A program made the position numbers and the translations under genes. The notes under the pieces are model-generated. The model had not been told where the DNA came from and did not search any database. It saw only the letters and a program-made list of their open reading frames with translations. From Giardia intestinalis (lineage: Eukaryota), in assembly GCA_000002435.2 (NCBI GenBank), contig CM018790.1: a DNA stretch of 64,000 bases. The stretch is one strand, 5' to 3'. Positions 40,925 through 51,900 of the stretch are shown piece by piece (positions within the stretch are counted from its first letter, which is position 1; each line of letters opens with the position of its first letter).

Positions 40925-41965
40925 CTACCCGGATATCAGCTCCCAGCCACAGGACTCCTGGTCACAGGCGGGGCATACACCGGCATTGGTGTCATAACAA
41001 TGCCGACAGCAATCCACGCAAATACAAATGTGATTGCATGGGGTGGATGCTATCACAGCCGCCTTGCCTTTGCACAGCGCACACACTTGAGGGTCTAGAC
41101 CTGCAGATTTGACGCGATTCTCACCGATGGTCTGGAGAGACGCACCTTCGGTGAACACTTTAAAGACGAAGTCTTCTTTCATCTTCTGACACGTAGCGAA
41201 GAGAGCCGGCGTTACGCGGCACTCTGCACTTGCTAGGGCATATATGGAATCATAGCTTTTGTTCTCGATGGCATAAGACAGCGCGCACTTCCCCTCTCTG
41301 TCCGTCGCCCCCACTTCTGATGGAGTCTCCAATAGCAACTTGATACCCTCAAGATTGCAATTCATGGCAGCATATATTAGGGCTGTTCGCCCATAGACAT
41401 CCTGCACCCCTGCTTCCTTGTGACGAAGGACACGCATACAGTTGTTGCCAATGGGGCTATTGCAGAGGGCCGCATGGATCAATGCGGTCCGTCCCCACGT
41501 GTCCTTTTGGCGCACATGCTTGTCCATTAGTTTTTCCACTGAGTAGACATCCCCTGCTCTCGCAGCACACATTAACGGAGTTAATTTGAGGTTCTTCTTG
41601 GTGTACCCGTCTATAGTAGCTACTGCAGAATAGCTTCCGCGTGCTATGGCATAGTCTGACGCCGTCATCCCTGCAAAGTCTTGCATTGCTGCCTCTGCCT
41701 GTACCAATGGCAAAGGCGGAACACGCAAGGCGAGGACAGAAAGGATCAAAGCAGTCTGTCCCTTTTCTTTCTCCTGCATTCCTGCCTCGTTCATGAGCAA
41801 AGGTATGCAGTTATCGTTCCCATGCTCCGCAGCATACATAAGAGCCGTCTTACCGCTGGCATCAACCGCTCTGAGGTGATCAAGATGTTGCCTCAGCATC
41901 TCAAGATCGCCATCTATGGCTGCCTGCATAAGAGGCGTTACGGGGTGGCCTGGGTGGATCTGCAT
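40925..41965 (-). CDS. Ankyrin-repeat protein with a C-terminal C3HC4 RING-type zinc finger (putative E3 ligase)
   Basis: About six ankyrin repeats (GKTALMYAAEHGN…, GQTALILS…, GMTASDYAIARGS…, GRTALIHAAL…, GRTALIYAAMNCN…, GKCALSYAIEN…). C-terminus reads CALCKGKAAVIASTPCNHICICVDCCRHC…CPACDQ (RING/MIB-like). Confidence 0.7.
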   Translation of the reverse strand: MQIHPGHPVTPLMQAAIDGDLEMLRQHLDHLRAVDASGKTALMYAAEHGNDNCIPLLMNEAGMQEKEKGQTALILSVLALRVPPLPLVQAEAAMQDFAGMTASDYAIARGSYSAVATIDGYTKKNLKLTPLMCAARAGDVYSVEKLMDKHVRQKDTWGRTALIHAALCNSPIGNNCMRVLRHKEAGVQDVYGRTALIYAAMNCNLEGIKLLLETPSEVGATDREGKCALSYAIENKSYDSIYALASAECRVTPALFATCQKMKEDFVFKVFTEGASLQTIGENRVKSAGLDPQVCALCKGKAAVIASTPCNHICICVDCCRHCYDTNAGVCPACDQESCGWELISG

Positions 41966-42125
41966 TTAACTTCTTTTTGCTAGACGATTCCTCCCGGATT
42001 TAAACTACGCAATCCATCGGGGTCGATTGCAGCATAATTTGATAGCAGATGCCTGTGCACAGTGGGTACAACATGTTCTCCCTTGTTCTTTGCGGGTAAG
42101 TGTCGCCTTAAAAATTAGAAGATAA

Positions 42126-43796
42126 ATGGACGAGTTTTTATCTCTACTGAGAAAGTCTTCTGACAAGATTTCCACAGTGTATGCCTCAGTTCTTCAATCT
42201 AAAAGCATAGCCGATTCCTTGTTTCAAGGTCTAGTCACAGCTAGCAGTAGTATTACCCCGTCGATGCTTGCTACTATCCTAAAATACCCTTTGTCTTACC
42301 CTCTAACAGATATTGACATGCTTTTCTGTGAATGCATCTCGGCACTAGTAGCACAGGATGCTTGCCGCGCCGAGCTTGTCTTTGTTACCCTACTATCCTT
42401 TGAAGACGTGGGAGCGACTGGCAGTACGCCTTTCTCTTGCAAGCATGCAAAGGTTGATGTTATTAAGCATATTCTCAGTGCCAATCCAACTGCAATTAAT
42501 GCTTTGGCGGCAGCCATTCAGGCCACTATTCCCAGCATCCATTGTATAAAGAGAGCTATACCGTGGCTCGACCTCATACTGTTATTAGAAACGAGTATTA
42601 GTGGGCTAGTGCATAGCACAGTTGAAGCGGCCATAAAGCTTCTTCTCCTTATAGACAGTCACATCGAGGCGTTCTCTGTGCCTGGCGGAGGCGCCGACGT
42701 TCAACCCACAGCGCCTCCTGAGGTTGCCCCATCCGAAGGCGGTGCGGTGGGAAGCTACATAAGTCCATCCTTTGGGTCTCACAAGAAGTTCACCGGGCCG
42801 AATCCAGGAAAGCAGGTAGCTTATGAAGAGCCACAAGAGCACTCCGAGGAGGACGCCGTCGAAGGCTGCTTTCTTGAGGATGCTGAATCAATAGATTTTT
42901 GTACAGATATAGTGGACCAGCTATTGGTTAGCTATTTTGAACACCTTCGGGCACTATGGAGTAGTGATTCCGGTGGTTATGTAAAGCGTTGTCAAAGTGC
43001 TATTATCCCGTGTTTTGCACGTCTGGGGATGTGTCTCCGAACCATCAGGTACACGCAGTTTGTTGTGTTCTATGCCGTGTCACTTGACCCCAGTCTCCCC
43101 GGTCTGCTGATAGAATACTTGATAAAGAGGAGCCTATTTGATTTAAGTGCATCCATCTCTACATACTTAGACTCGATGAATTACTTGGGGAGCTTCATTG
43201 CTCGCTTCTCTGGACTCACGCTCCCTCTTATGATTGGATCCATCAAGCTTCTCCTCCAATACGCGACCCACCTCGGGGCCGAACTAGATCCTGAGAATAT
43301 CCACGCTCTGGATCGAGCCATAGGTGTCTACAGAATTGCTGGGGAACTGTGCCTCGATATGGCCCAGAGAGGGTTCGCATATAAGGGCAAAGCTCAGGTT
43401 TCAACCAATCTTGTCCCAGGTGGTGTCATACGCTACCTTAGCGTAGTCCGAACACTGCTCTACGCCCTCTGCTTTGTTGCCGAGGACATAGCGCCTCAGG
43501 ATCTTGACATGGGGGCATTGTCAAGACTGCTACTCTCAGACCTATGCCCAATTGTCTACTTCTATGACATAGGTGTGCAGCTCTTGCACGTGATCCACAA
43601 GTGGGCATTTTTAGTGCCCAACGAGCTAGACAAGCTTCACGCCATTCTGGATTATGCCCAGAATGTAGATCTACCATACAATGTCATATCTTGCTTTTAT
43701 CCCTTTGAGCCATTGTGCTTACCGCGGAGTAGCAACCTTATTGCGCCATATTATCGAGACTATTGGGTACAGGAGGCAGACGATACAGTAGCGTGA
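42126..43796 (+). CDS. Hypothetical protein, 556 aa
   Basis: Long ORF with no motif I recognise. Confidence 0.5.
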   Translation: MDEFLSLLRKSSDKISTVYASVLQSKSIADSLFQGLVTASSSITPSMLATILKYPLSYPLTDIDMLFCECISALVAQDACRAELVFVTLLSFEDVGATGSTPFSCKHAKVDVIKHILSANPTAINALAAAIQATIPSIHCIKRAIPWLDLILLLETSISGLVHSTVEAAIKLLLLIDSHIEAFSVPGGGADVQPTAPPEVAPSEGGAVGSYISPSFGSHKKFTGPNPGKQVAYEEPQEHSEEDAVEGCFLEDAESIDFCTDIVDQLLVSYFEHLRALWSSDSGGYVKRCQSAIIPCFARLGMCLRTIRYTQFVVFYAVSLDPSLPGLLIEYLIKRSLFDLSASISTYLDSMNYLGSFIARFSGLTLPLMIGSIKLLLQYATHLGAELDPENIHALDRAIGVYRIAGELCLDMAQRGFAYKGKAQVSTNLVPGGVIRYLSVVRTLLYALCFVAEDIAPQDLDMGALSRLLLSDLCPIVYFYDIGVQLLHVIHKWAFLVPNELDKLHAILDYAQNVDLPYNVISCFYPFEPLCLPRSSNLIAPYYRDYWVQEADDTVA

Positions 43797-43903
43797 TTGG
43801 CTTGTAGCTCTGGAATAACAGCGTGCATCGACAGGGCAAAGCATTGGGCTCATTCCCAGTAGAAAGTAGAACTCTAAGAAAGTAAATTTCTTTTAGACAG
43901 ACG

Positions 43904-45343
43904 ATGGCTCTGTGGACTACACAGTTCGCTTTAAGCGCTGGTGACGAACATATGCGCGCATTGGAAGACAGGAATAAACACCTGCGGCAGAAACTGGCCG
44001 CTTTGCGACTCGAGTTGACATCGGCCAAGTCCATCAAAGACAAGCGGGAAAAGGATCTGAAGGCCGCCTACAAAAAACAAAAAGAGGCTTATGAGCAGAT
44101 GAAGCAAAAAGGGTGGTCAGCAGAGGCTGAGCTGAACGGCCAGCTTGCTGTCCTGGAGGCCAAGAAGGAGTCTCTCATTATGACAAAAGAGATTATGGAA
44201 CAAGAGTACCATGACCTTGACGACATCTGGAAAACTAACAAGGACTCGTTAGATGCACAACTGGCGTTTCTGCAAAGCAATCTCAAGGGCATGGCTACCG
44301 AGAAAGCCAACATGCGCTCGGTACTTCGGGACGCCAAGCACAAACTTAGGCATTACTTAAAGGAGTGCGAGGGTCTGCTAGATGCCCAGAAGGACCTTGA
44401 ACATTCCATTATCGAGGCACTTAGTCTTGCCCGCGCCTTTGTTGTTAGAAAGTTGGCTACCATTGTCCAGGACGATGTCGTGCTTGCTGAGCTGAAGGAT
44501 CACTACGAGAAGGAAGTCGCAGTGCTTTCCAGTCGTCCTGGACAAACTGCTACGGGTAAGTGCAGGACTTCTGATCTTGTCAGAAGCGAGCAAAAGACAA
44601 GCCCTGCTGATTTAGTTACTAGTACAGACAGATCCAAGAAAGCCAAGGAGGACTCGCGGCCCAAATCGGCAGTATCGTTTACTACCGTTAGTAATACAAG
44701 CCCAAGGAGTAAGGTATTGATAGAGGATCTGGCATGTGAACCGGCTGTGCCACCTGCGCCACTCACTCTCACTCCGGCTAATGCTAGAGCAGAAGCAGAA
44801 GACCAGACACCGGGAGATACAGATCCGCTAAGCACAACACTGCTAATTAGGAATGCTTTAGAGAAAGATAGTAGTGATTACTACCGTCGTCTTCTCAACG
44901 AGGATGCGATTAGAGAATTTTGTTTGACCAGTAAAGAGGAGCAATCTTCTACTAGTGCAGGATCATACATGAAAAAGCTTCTTCGTCCCTCAGTGCAGGA
45001 CTGCACAGAGTCGTATCCTGCAGACAAGCCAACGACATCCGGTCCCAGAGCTGCTTCGTCGTCCAAGAAGGCCAAGAGAAGCTCCTCCTTGAAACGCCGT
45101 GCCCAGCAGATCAAGAAGCACAACAAGCAATATCTAGACCAGATGGCTCTGATAGATATCCTTACGGAGCAAAGGAAGACCCTTCAAGACAAGCTCATCA
45201 ACATCACAAACATCCGGGGAGGAACATACACCAAGGCGTCGACGATAATGATGATCCGCAAGCAAATCGGAGAGCTCACAACAGAGATAGAAGGGCTAAT
45301 CCAGACCCTTCCAAACATCTCCCCCGTCCCCAAGACGACCTGA
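43904..45343 (+). CDS. Hypothetical coiled-coil protein, 479 aa
   Basis: N-terminal about 200 aa is strongly heptad-like with K/E/L/Q periodicity. Ser/Pro-rich middle; second coiled coil at the C-terminus. Confidence 0.5.
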   Translation: MALWTTQFALSAGDEHMRALEDRNKHLRQKLAALRLELTSAKSIKDKREKDLKAAYKKQKEAYEQMKQKGWSAEAELNGQLAVLEAKKESLIMTKEIMEQEYHDLDDIWKTNKDSLDAQLAFLQSNLKGMATEKANMRSVLRDAKHKLRHYLKECEGLLDAQKDLEHSIIEALSLARAFVVRKLATIVQDDVVLAELKDHYEKEVAVLSSRPGQTATGKCRTSDLVRSEQKTSPADLVTSTDRSKKAKEDSRPKSAVSFTTVSNTSPRSKVLIEDLACEPAVPPAPLTLTPANARAEAEDQTPGDTDPLSTTLLIRNALEKDSSDYYRRLLNEDAIREFCLTSKEEQSSTSAGSYMKKLLRPSVQDCTESYPADKPTTSGPRAASSSKKAKRSSSLKRRAQQIKKHNKQYLDQMALIDILTEQRKTLQDKLINITNIRGGTYTKASTIMMIRKQIGELTTEIEGLIQTLPNISPVPKTT

Positions 45344-45383
45344 CCGGCAGAAATTCGTTTACTCTGACTCTCTGTTGAGGAGG

Positions 45384-45968
45384 CTACACAGAGGGAGTCT
45401 TTGCTTTGCGGTCTACATACATTCTGAAGTCAGGCGGTATCTCGTCTTCCTCGTACAAGGAATCTGCGAAGTAGATGCGACGGATACGGCAGTTTGCATG
45501 CACAGTCATTCTTGTCGTTTCGATGTAATTTGTACGGTACGCTCTGGCTGTGAAGTCGGTGAGGTTGAACTGTATTTGGTTAAAGCCCGGGCCAAGGCAC
45601 AAGGGCATAGTGCAGATGAACGGCTTGACACGCGTAGTTCTCTGGTAGTTACTTGCTCGGAAGCGTCGCTTGATGTTCTTGTCGTCAAGGATCTGCACCT
45701 CGAAGCTAAAATACTTTCTCATGTTCTTTATAAGCATAACAAGGTAGGGCAGCTTAATTGCGAGTGTATCATTGGGGTCTGCAGGGCACGTTATGTAGTT
45801 TGTTGCCACATTGGTCCCCATGATTTCCAGAACGCACGACTGTATGTCTGGGTCTGTAATGCGCTTTATGTGGCCATTCTTGACTGTCTTTGACCAGATC
45901 TGCAGCGGCTTTGATCCAACTGCATATAATATAGAGAGGAACCCGGATTGGTATGTGTTGCGAAACAT
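45384..45968 (-). CDS. CFAP20: Cilia- and flagella-associated protein 20 (CFAP20 / BUG22)
   Basis: 194 aa, nearly collinear with conserved CFAP20: MF(R/K)NT(Y/F)QSGFLSILY…GSKPLQIW…[21 protein letters not shown]…YITCPADP…KLP(Y/F)LVM.IKN.(R/K)KYF(S/T)FEVQ(I/V)LDDKN.(K/R)[21 protein letters not shown]…NQIQFNL(T/S)DFT.RAY.TNYIET.R…HANCRIRR(I/V)YF(A/S)D.LY.EDE(I/L)P. Confidence 0.92.
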   Translation of the reverse strand: MFRNTYQSGFLSILYAVGSKPLQIWSKTVKNGHIKRITDPDIQSCVLEIMGTNVATNYITCPADPNDTLAIKLPYLVMLIKNMRKYFSFEVQILDDKNIKRRFRASNYQRTTRVKPFICTMPLCLGPGFNQIQFNLTDFTARAYRTNYIETTRMTVHANCRIRRIYFADSLYEEDEIPPDFRMYVDRKAKTPSV

Positions 45969-48900
45969 CTCGCGGGCTTTGGTTTTTTTCCGTCCTCAGC
46001 TTTTGTGTTTTGAGACTTCAGCTTGGCTTCGCAATTTTTATTGAAACTTGCAATTAATATTGAATTATAGTTAAATTTCCATTGAGCTGGCCACCGAAAT
46101 CCCCAAGCCAGCGCCAGGCCCTTGTAGGATTTTGTTTGCTGGAATCCCTTCTGGAGCGGCACCTTATGCTTCTAGATAGCTTCCAGTTCCATGCTCACAT
46201 GAAAGGGTTTCCTAATGTTGCTGTAGCCTTTAGGTTAGATGTTGACGCATTAGCAAGCGTTGCCCTGCTCCGGCTGTTTTTTCGTATGCACCATATACCC
46301 TTTTCAGTCTACCCAACCTATACAGATTTCCATCTCTTGAGCCTTCTGAAAACGTTATCCCAGATGACGTCCCTTAAAGCAGAGCCAAATGATCGAGTGG
46401 TAATGTTAGTCAATGCAGGTGCAACGCAAGACTTGACCCAGTACGAAAGTCTACGTATCTATGTAATTGATTATTTTCGGCCCGCATCTTTAGCCAACGT
46501 GGCGTCTCAGCATGTCTTCCTGTTTGACGAAGGGCTAATATTAGGTAGTTTACTTTTATCTTTTTTTCCGCAAAAGGCAACCCGGATACTCCACGAGGCA
46601 ATGCTGTCTATTCGTCTAAATAAAGCCAGAGAAGGTGAGAATGCGCCCCATTCACAGAAGGATGAGGAGGACTCAACTAACACAATTGACACAAAATCAT
46701 ATCGGAGAGTCAGACGAGAGGATAAAGAGCGGGAACAGCCTGATCATGTTTACCCTGCCCAGGATCAGAGCCTATCGGACGATCAGGACACTGAGACGAG
46801 TGAGAGCACAGACGCTCCGCAGCATCATCCATTCGATGGCTCTGATACTGATTTCATTAACGTTCCAGCGGCACCTTCTCAATCTGGCAAACTGGGTTTG
46901 CTCCTGGATGACCCAATCGATCAGGACATCTCACCCCATGGTGAACCAGAATATTCTGATAGCGTAAACAAGGAGTCCACCGAAGAAAGTGTCCATTCCT
47001 CTCTTCAAGATGGGGTCCAGCTGTCGTTCGTTTCAGATGACACTCACCTCACTGATGTGTCAATGGGAGCAACACACCGACAGGTTGATGTCCTGCTCAA
47101 GGAGGCTGAGCTCCATAGTCACGAATCCAGGCGTCACCTTAGTACCTCCTTCAACGCACAAGCACACCCCTTTAAGTATTCAGACATGACGAGACAAAGC
47201 GAATCACAAGGAGATAGTGTGCAGGATGATAGGCAGGATGCTGTCGCAGCGGCCTTCGCTCTTTTGCAAGAGAAAGCCGCATCTACGAGCTCCATAACAG
47301 AACTGGCTACTTTGCAAGTCCTCTATTGCAAGCTGTCTGCAGAAGATTTTACCCACATATACAGGGTTCTCTCCAGTACTATTTCTCATCCTAGCTCGGC
47401 ACAGGTGGCTATGACAGCTGAGTACATGAAGCTGCGGGCGATAGCTTCCCCTTCGGCAATTTTGCTTTATAATATTCTCTCTGAAGAGGCGAAGACAGGC
47501 CTGTTTATGAACAGATCGTTGATGGTCTCTATTCAGTGGCATGCGATGACGGGGGCGGCTGGGGCGTTTGTCATGCAACGTTGTTCTCTGAACGCTGTCA
47601 AGGACTTGCTAACCTCATGCATGAATACGCTTCAGCTTAAAGAGAAGCATTTTACCAGTACACTCAGTGTGTCTCAGTATACCGCGGGGGCGAAGAACTT
47701 GAGCTTGGAGGAGGTCATCGCCAATTCTCAGCGAAATGGCTCGCTGGATATGCATGCCAATGCTCCGAAATTTACGACCTATTCGGATCCAGAGCCGAGT
47801 GTAGGCTCTGTAGTAGGCTCTGCTGTGGGCAACGAAGATTCGCTGCACTCAATACTGAGCCAGAGCAGCAGACTAAGCAGTCTTCTTAACACTAACGACA
47901 CTGGACCTGCTTTTACAAAATCCATGCAAACATCGCTACCACTCCATGATCCTCTCCCCTACGTAGTTGTTAATGATCCGTTCTTGTACTGCCTGCGCAT
48001 GACATCTTTATACAATGCACTATGCTTCACTAACAGCAGTCTCCTTCGCGCGGTCTTCGACAGTTATGTGAGCAATCGAAAGTCTCTTCAGACAGCGACG
48101 ACTGCAAATATGGTCAGCTTCTTCTGCAATATCAATGGGTTTGGTCCAGATCTCTATCAGAAGAGCTGGTCTGAGCAGGACAACAACGCTCGTTTCTTTA
48201 TTCTTTCCCAGTACACAGCCAGTATCAGAAAGACAAGTGCTCCTTGGAGATCTATTCCCTTCGTGCCAAATATGGTTTATACCACAGAAACAAATGTGGA
48301 GATCAGTGCTTTTGATATGGCGTATCTTCTTGAGGGCTTGATGATGCTTTTGCCTCCCAGCCATACCCGTAAACCTGACAGGGCGGAGCCTGAGGATAAT
48401 AATGGTAACACGCAGGTGCCTCTGGTTGTGTGCGACGATCTAACGCACGCACAATTATTAACGATGATGTACAAATGCGCCTTTGCAGGTCCTGACGAGA
48501 TTCTAGAGTTGTCTACCACCCGCAGATTTGCTACCATTTTCCAGCGGATCCTTGATACTCGCTCAGAAATCCTTCAACATGCGCAGAAATCATATCTGTT
48601 CTATCGGCAGCGTTATAGAAAGATCGACCCCATCCCAGGAGTCCACGTTTCAGAGCTACCAGTGGCCAGCCTAAGCCACTCGCTTCTGTATTTTAGTAAG
48701 GTCGTTGCAGAGTTTCGGCTACTCTGCGTGCACCGGCATCTTCAGAGCCTTTCGCGCTCTCCAATTAGCTTTAGATTTAGGTATGGACATAAAGATTTGC
48801 AAGTGATTCTGCCGTCTGTATCCTCGCGAGACGCTGGTAGATGGAGAAGGTACACCCATATTTCACCGAAGCAAAGCTTTGAGGATACATTACAGCGGCA

Positions 48901-51900
48901 GAGCGTAATCCTGGTCTTCAAGGGGCCAGACTATGCCCTAGCGTCTGGGGCAAGTGCACGTTTGAGCCTCTTCGATGCGTGGTTGGCTAATAGCCTGCCG
49001 CCCATAAGAGAAATTCTTACCAAGAAGGGTGTCTTTACGGAAAGCTGTGTTGAACACGATGCCTCTGTGGTGACTGTGCCATTGCAAATGACATTTACCA
49101 TATTACCAGTCATCAAGGGATTTATGGCAGCAAACTTAGAAGCAGAAAATGCGCAGATAAAGAAGATAATCGATCAAAAGGAGAGCTCAAAGCATGAAAA
49201 GCATAAGCAAGGAGTGGATGCAGATAACGAGGATGAGCAGGCTAAGCAAGAAAGCGAAGCTGACGACATCTGTGTCGATGAGGGTGTTAGTAAATAGTCT
49301 AGGCAAAAAAATGTTGACACGCCTTCGGCTGGAGGCAGCTTCCTTTGCTCGGAGAGTTGAGCAGAAATTCAATCTGGCTCAGAAACAAGAGGAGCTGCGT
49401 GCGGCCCGCCAGCGGGAGTTCATTCTGTATGAATTCTACTGCCTGTTAACTCAAAGGGAGAGCTTCAACAAGCTTCTGTCTGGTGTAGTGCAGCAGCAGT
49501 ATGACCATAGTCAGGAGTCTCAATTCGGCCTGGGGGAGCTCGCACTCCCTACGGGGACAGACATCAACCCAATGCCTATCTTCCGCTTCAAGGCCCTTCT
49601 TTCACAGTTGGAAAGAGCAACATCTAGAGAAGATATTCGTAAAGTCTTCAAGCAAGCCAACGAACGATCGCTCTTCTGTGGTGCAGAGCATGTCAGGGAA
49701 ATCCTTATTTTGATGGATCGCAAGGATCTGCGAGAGGAGGTATGGAGGATATGCGCCCCATACATTCCCGAAAAAGAATGCCTCTCTCGCGTTATTGAAA
49801 TCCTTCCTGTGAGTGAGCAGCGCTCTCTAAAAAACATATATTGGCCTCCACGATAGGATGTCCAGCAGACTTCAAGTGTATCAACTACTGAGCCACTACA
49901 TTCAGGAACATAGCAGTGCAGTACACTTACTATCGTTCCATGCCTCCTGCTACCATCTCTGGGTTTCGACTTTTTGTTGTATCAAACGGGGCTGTGCTTC
50001 TCAAGTGGGAACGATTATTTGGTTTCTTCTTTATGTGCTCCCGTGGGCACTGGCTGCTATGAATCCATCCCGATGGGCGCAGATTGTCCTTAGTAGCGCA
50101 ATATATTCAGCCGTAATTCCTCACTTTATTTGGGCAATTATGCAAGTTGTGCGCATCTCCAGGATGCACGGCAGGCGAGCACTACTTAAGTCTGCTGCTA
50201 TCAATGGTTTACTAACCATTCTGCTTCTATTTAATCCGACGATTCCTTTTAAGCCAGACTATGGACTAGCCATTCAGAGAGCCTTCCCCCTCGTACCCTT
50301 TAGAAACGCACTTCTCCCCATAACACTTCCGGGTGCGCTCCCCTTGGAGATGCCTCTCTACGTCCACATCTCTTACATTTTGATAGGAGGAATAGTCATT
50401 CCCGTGATGGTTCACATTTACTTGCTATATTTAGTGGCATTTGTCATTGCTATCTATAGACTTTGCTGTTCGTGCACTGCCAAAAAACCAGGAGATCAGG
50501 ATGCACCGATCAAGAGCTGTGTTGATACTGATGTAGATTGAACAATTGGACGGGGACTAAGGTTGTAGGCGTCATTTGCGAAGAAGCAGTCGTAATAAGT
50601 AAATTACTGTCAGAATTCCAACGCTATTGACTGCAAGCAGAACAGGAAAGAAGTACTGCACAGAGCAGCGGGATCTAGATGTTCTTCGATGTCCAGGTGC
50701 CCGGTCTCTGCAGTGTCCGTAGTGCTTGTGTCGTTTACCGATGTGCAACTGACGTTCGCGCTTACCCAAGTTGAAGGTACTTGGCACCAAAGGTCTCAGA
50801 GTGCTATAGAGGACATCGACCTCAACCAGCTCTGGTGTGGCCTCCTTATTGATGTCATCAGCCTTAGAAGCCCTGTGACTGAATCTTTTTCTTAGCGGCC
50901 GGCTACTGTTCTCTTCGCTGTCTTGAATTCCCCTCAAGCTGCTACTCGAGGGAGAATTAGTCATGACTGGTAAACAGGCTGAAGGCTCTGTGATTATTGT
51001 GTGCTGATCCAGAGGGTAGCCAGCGTTCTCCTTCCTAGGCTTCTGTGCAGATGACGTGGCATGCATCCCCTTGCAGTGTGAGTAGAGCTGAATAGCATTT
51101 TTCAGGGTACCACCACAAGAAGAGTTGAAGACAGGGGTGTTGCTGGATGCCGGCACGGAAGTGTTATAGGCACGGAGACGCTGGGAGAAGCAGAAGGAAG
51201 CAACCGCGGAGGCAGACGGTCGAACGCTGGGATCGGGGCTACACATGATAGCAAAGAGGTCGCAAAGCTCTGCACTATAAATGCTCCGCAGCTTACTGAT
51301 GCTTTCCAAAAGGTCCTGCTGATGCTTGTAGGAGTTGATGTAATCATCGTAAGCTACACCAGTACCGAAGTCAGTAGTAGCTGCGGCAAACTCTTCATAG
51401 TTAAAAAGGAGAACGAGGAATGAAATTCCCAGTGAGTAGATGTCTGTTGCTTGCGTCGATTTTGGCTTTGTGGGAACAAACTCTGGAAAGGACTTGTCTC
51501 TGATAATGAAGTTTCGATCAAGGTCTGGAGAGTCCTCTCCGTTCATGCTGTCGCCGCCACTCGCGTCGTTACTTGCATGTTCAGTGGCTTGTAGCGTACC
51601 GGAGATGGCACAGTAAAGCTCAGGCGCCAGGTACAGCTCTGTTCCCGCACTGGCGCCGTCTCCAACTTGTCCGAAATCTGCTATTCGAACACGGAGGCCC
51701 TCTACTCCTACACGCCGTATGTACTGAAGTTGTCGACAGTGTTCTCGAAGCGATTCGTCAGTGTGGAACTGGCGCTGTTTGTATCGAAGCTCCTGCCTCT
51801 GCTTCGTGGTGAGAGCATCTGGGAAGTCGGCAGGATCGTTGTATATGCACGAGATATACCCCTTTGGGTCATCATCTGGGACATCGCCGTCAAGAAGCAT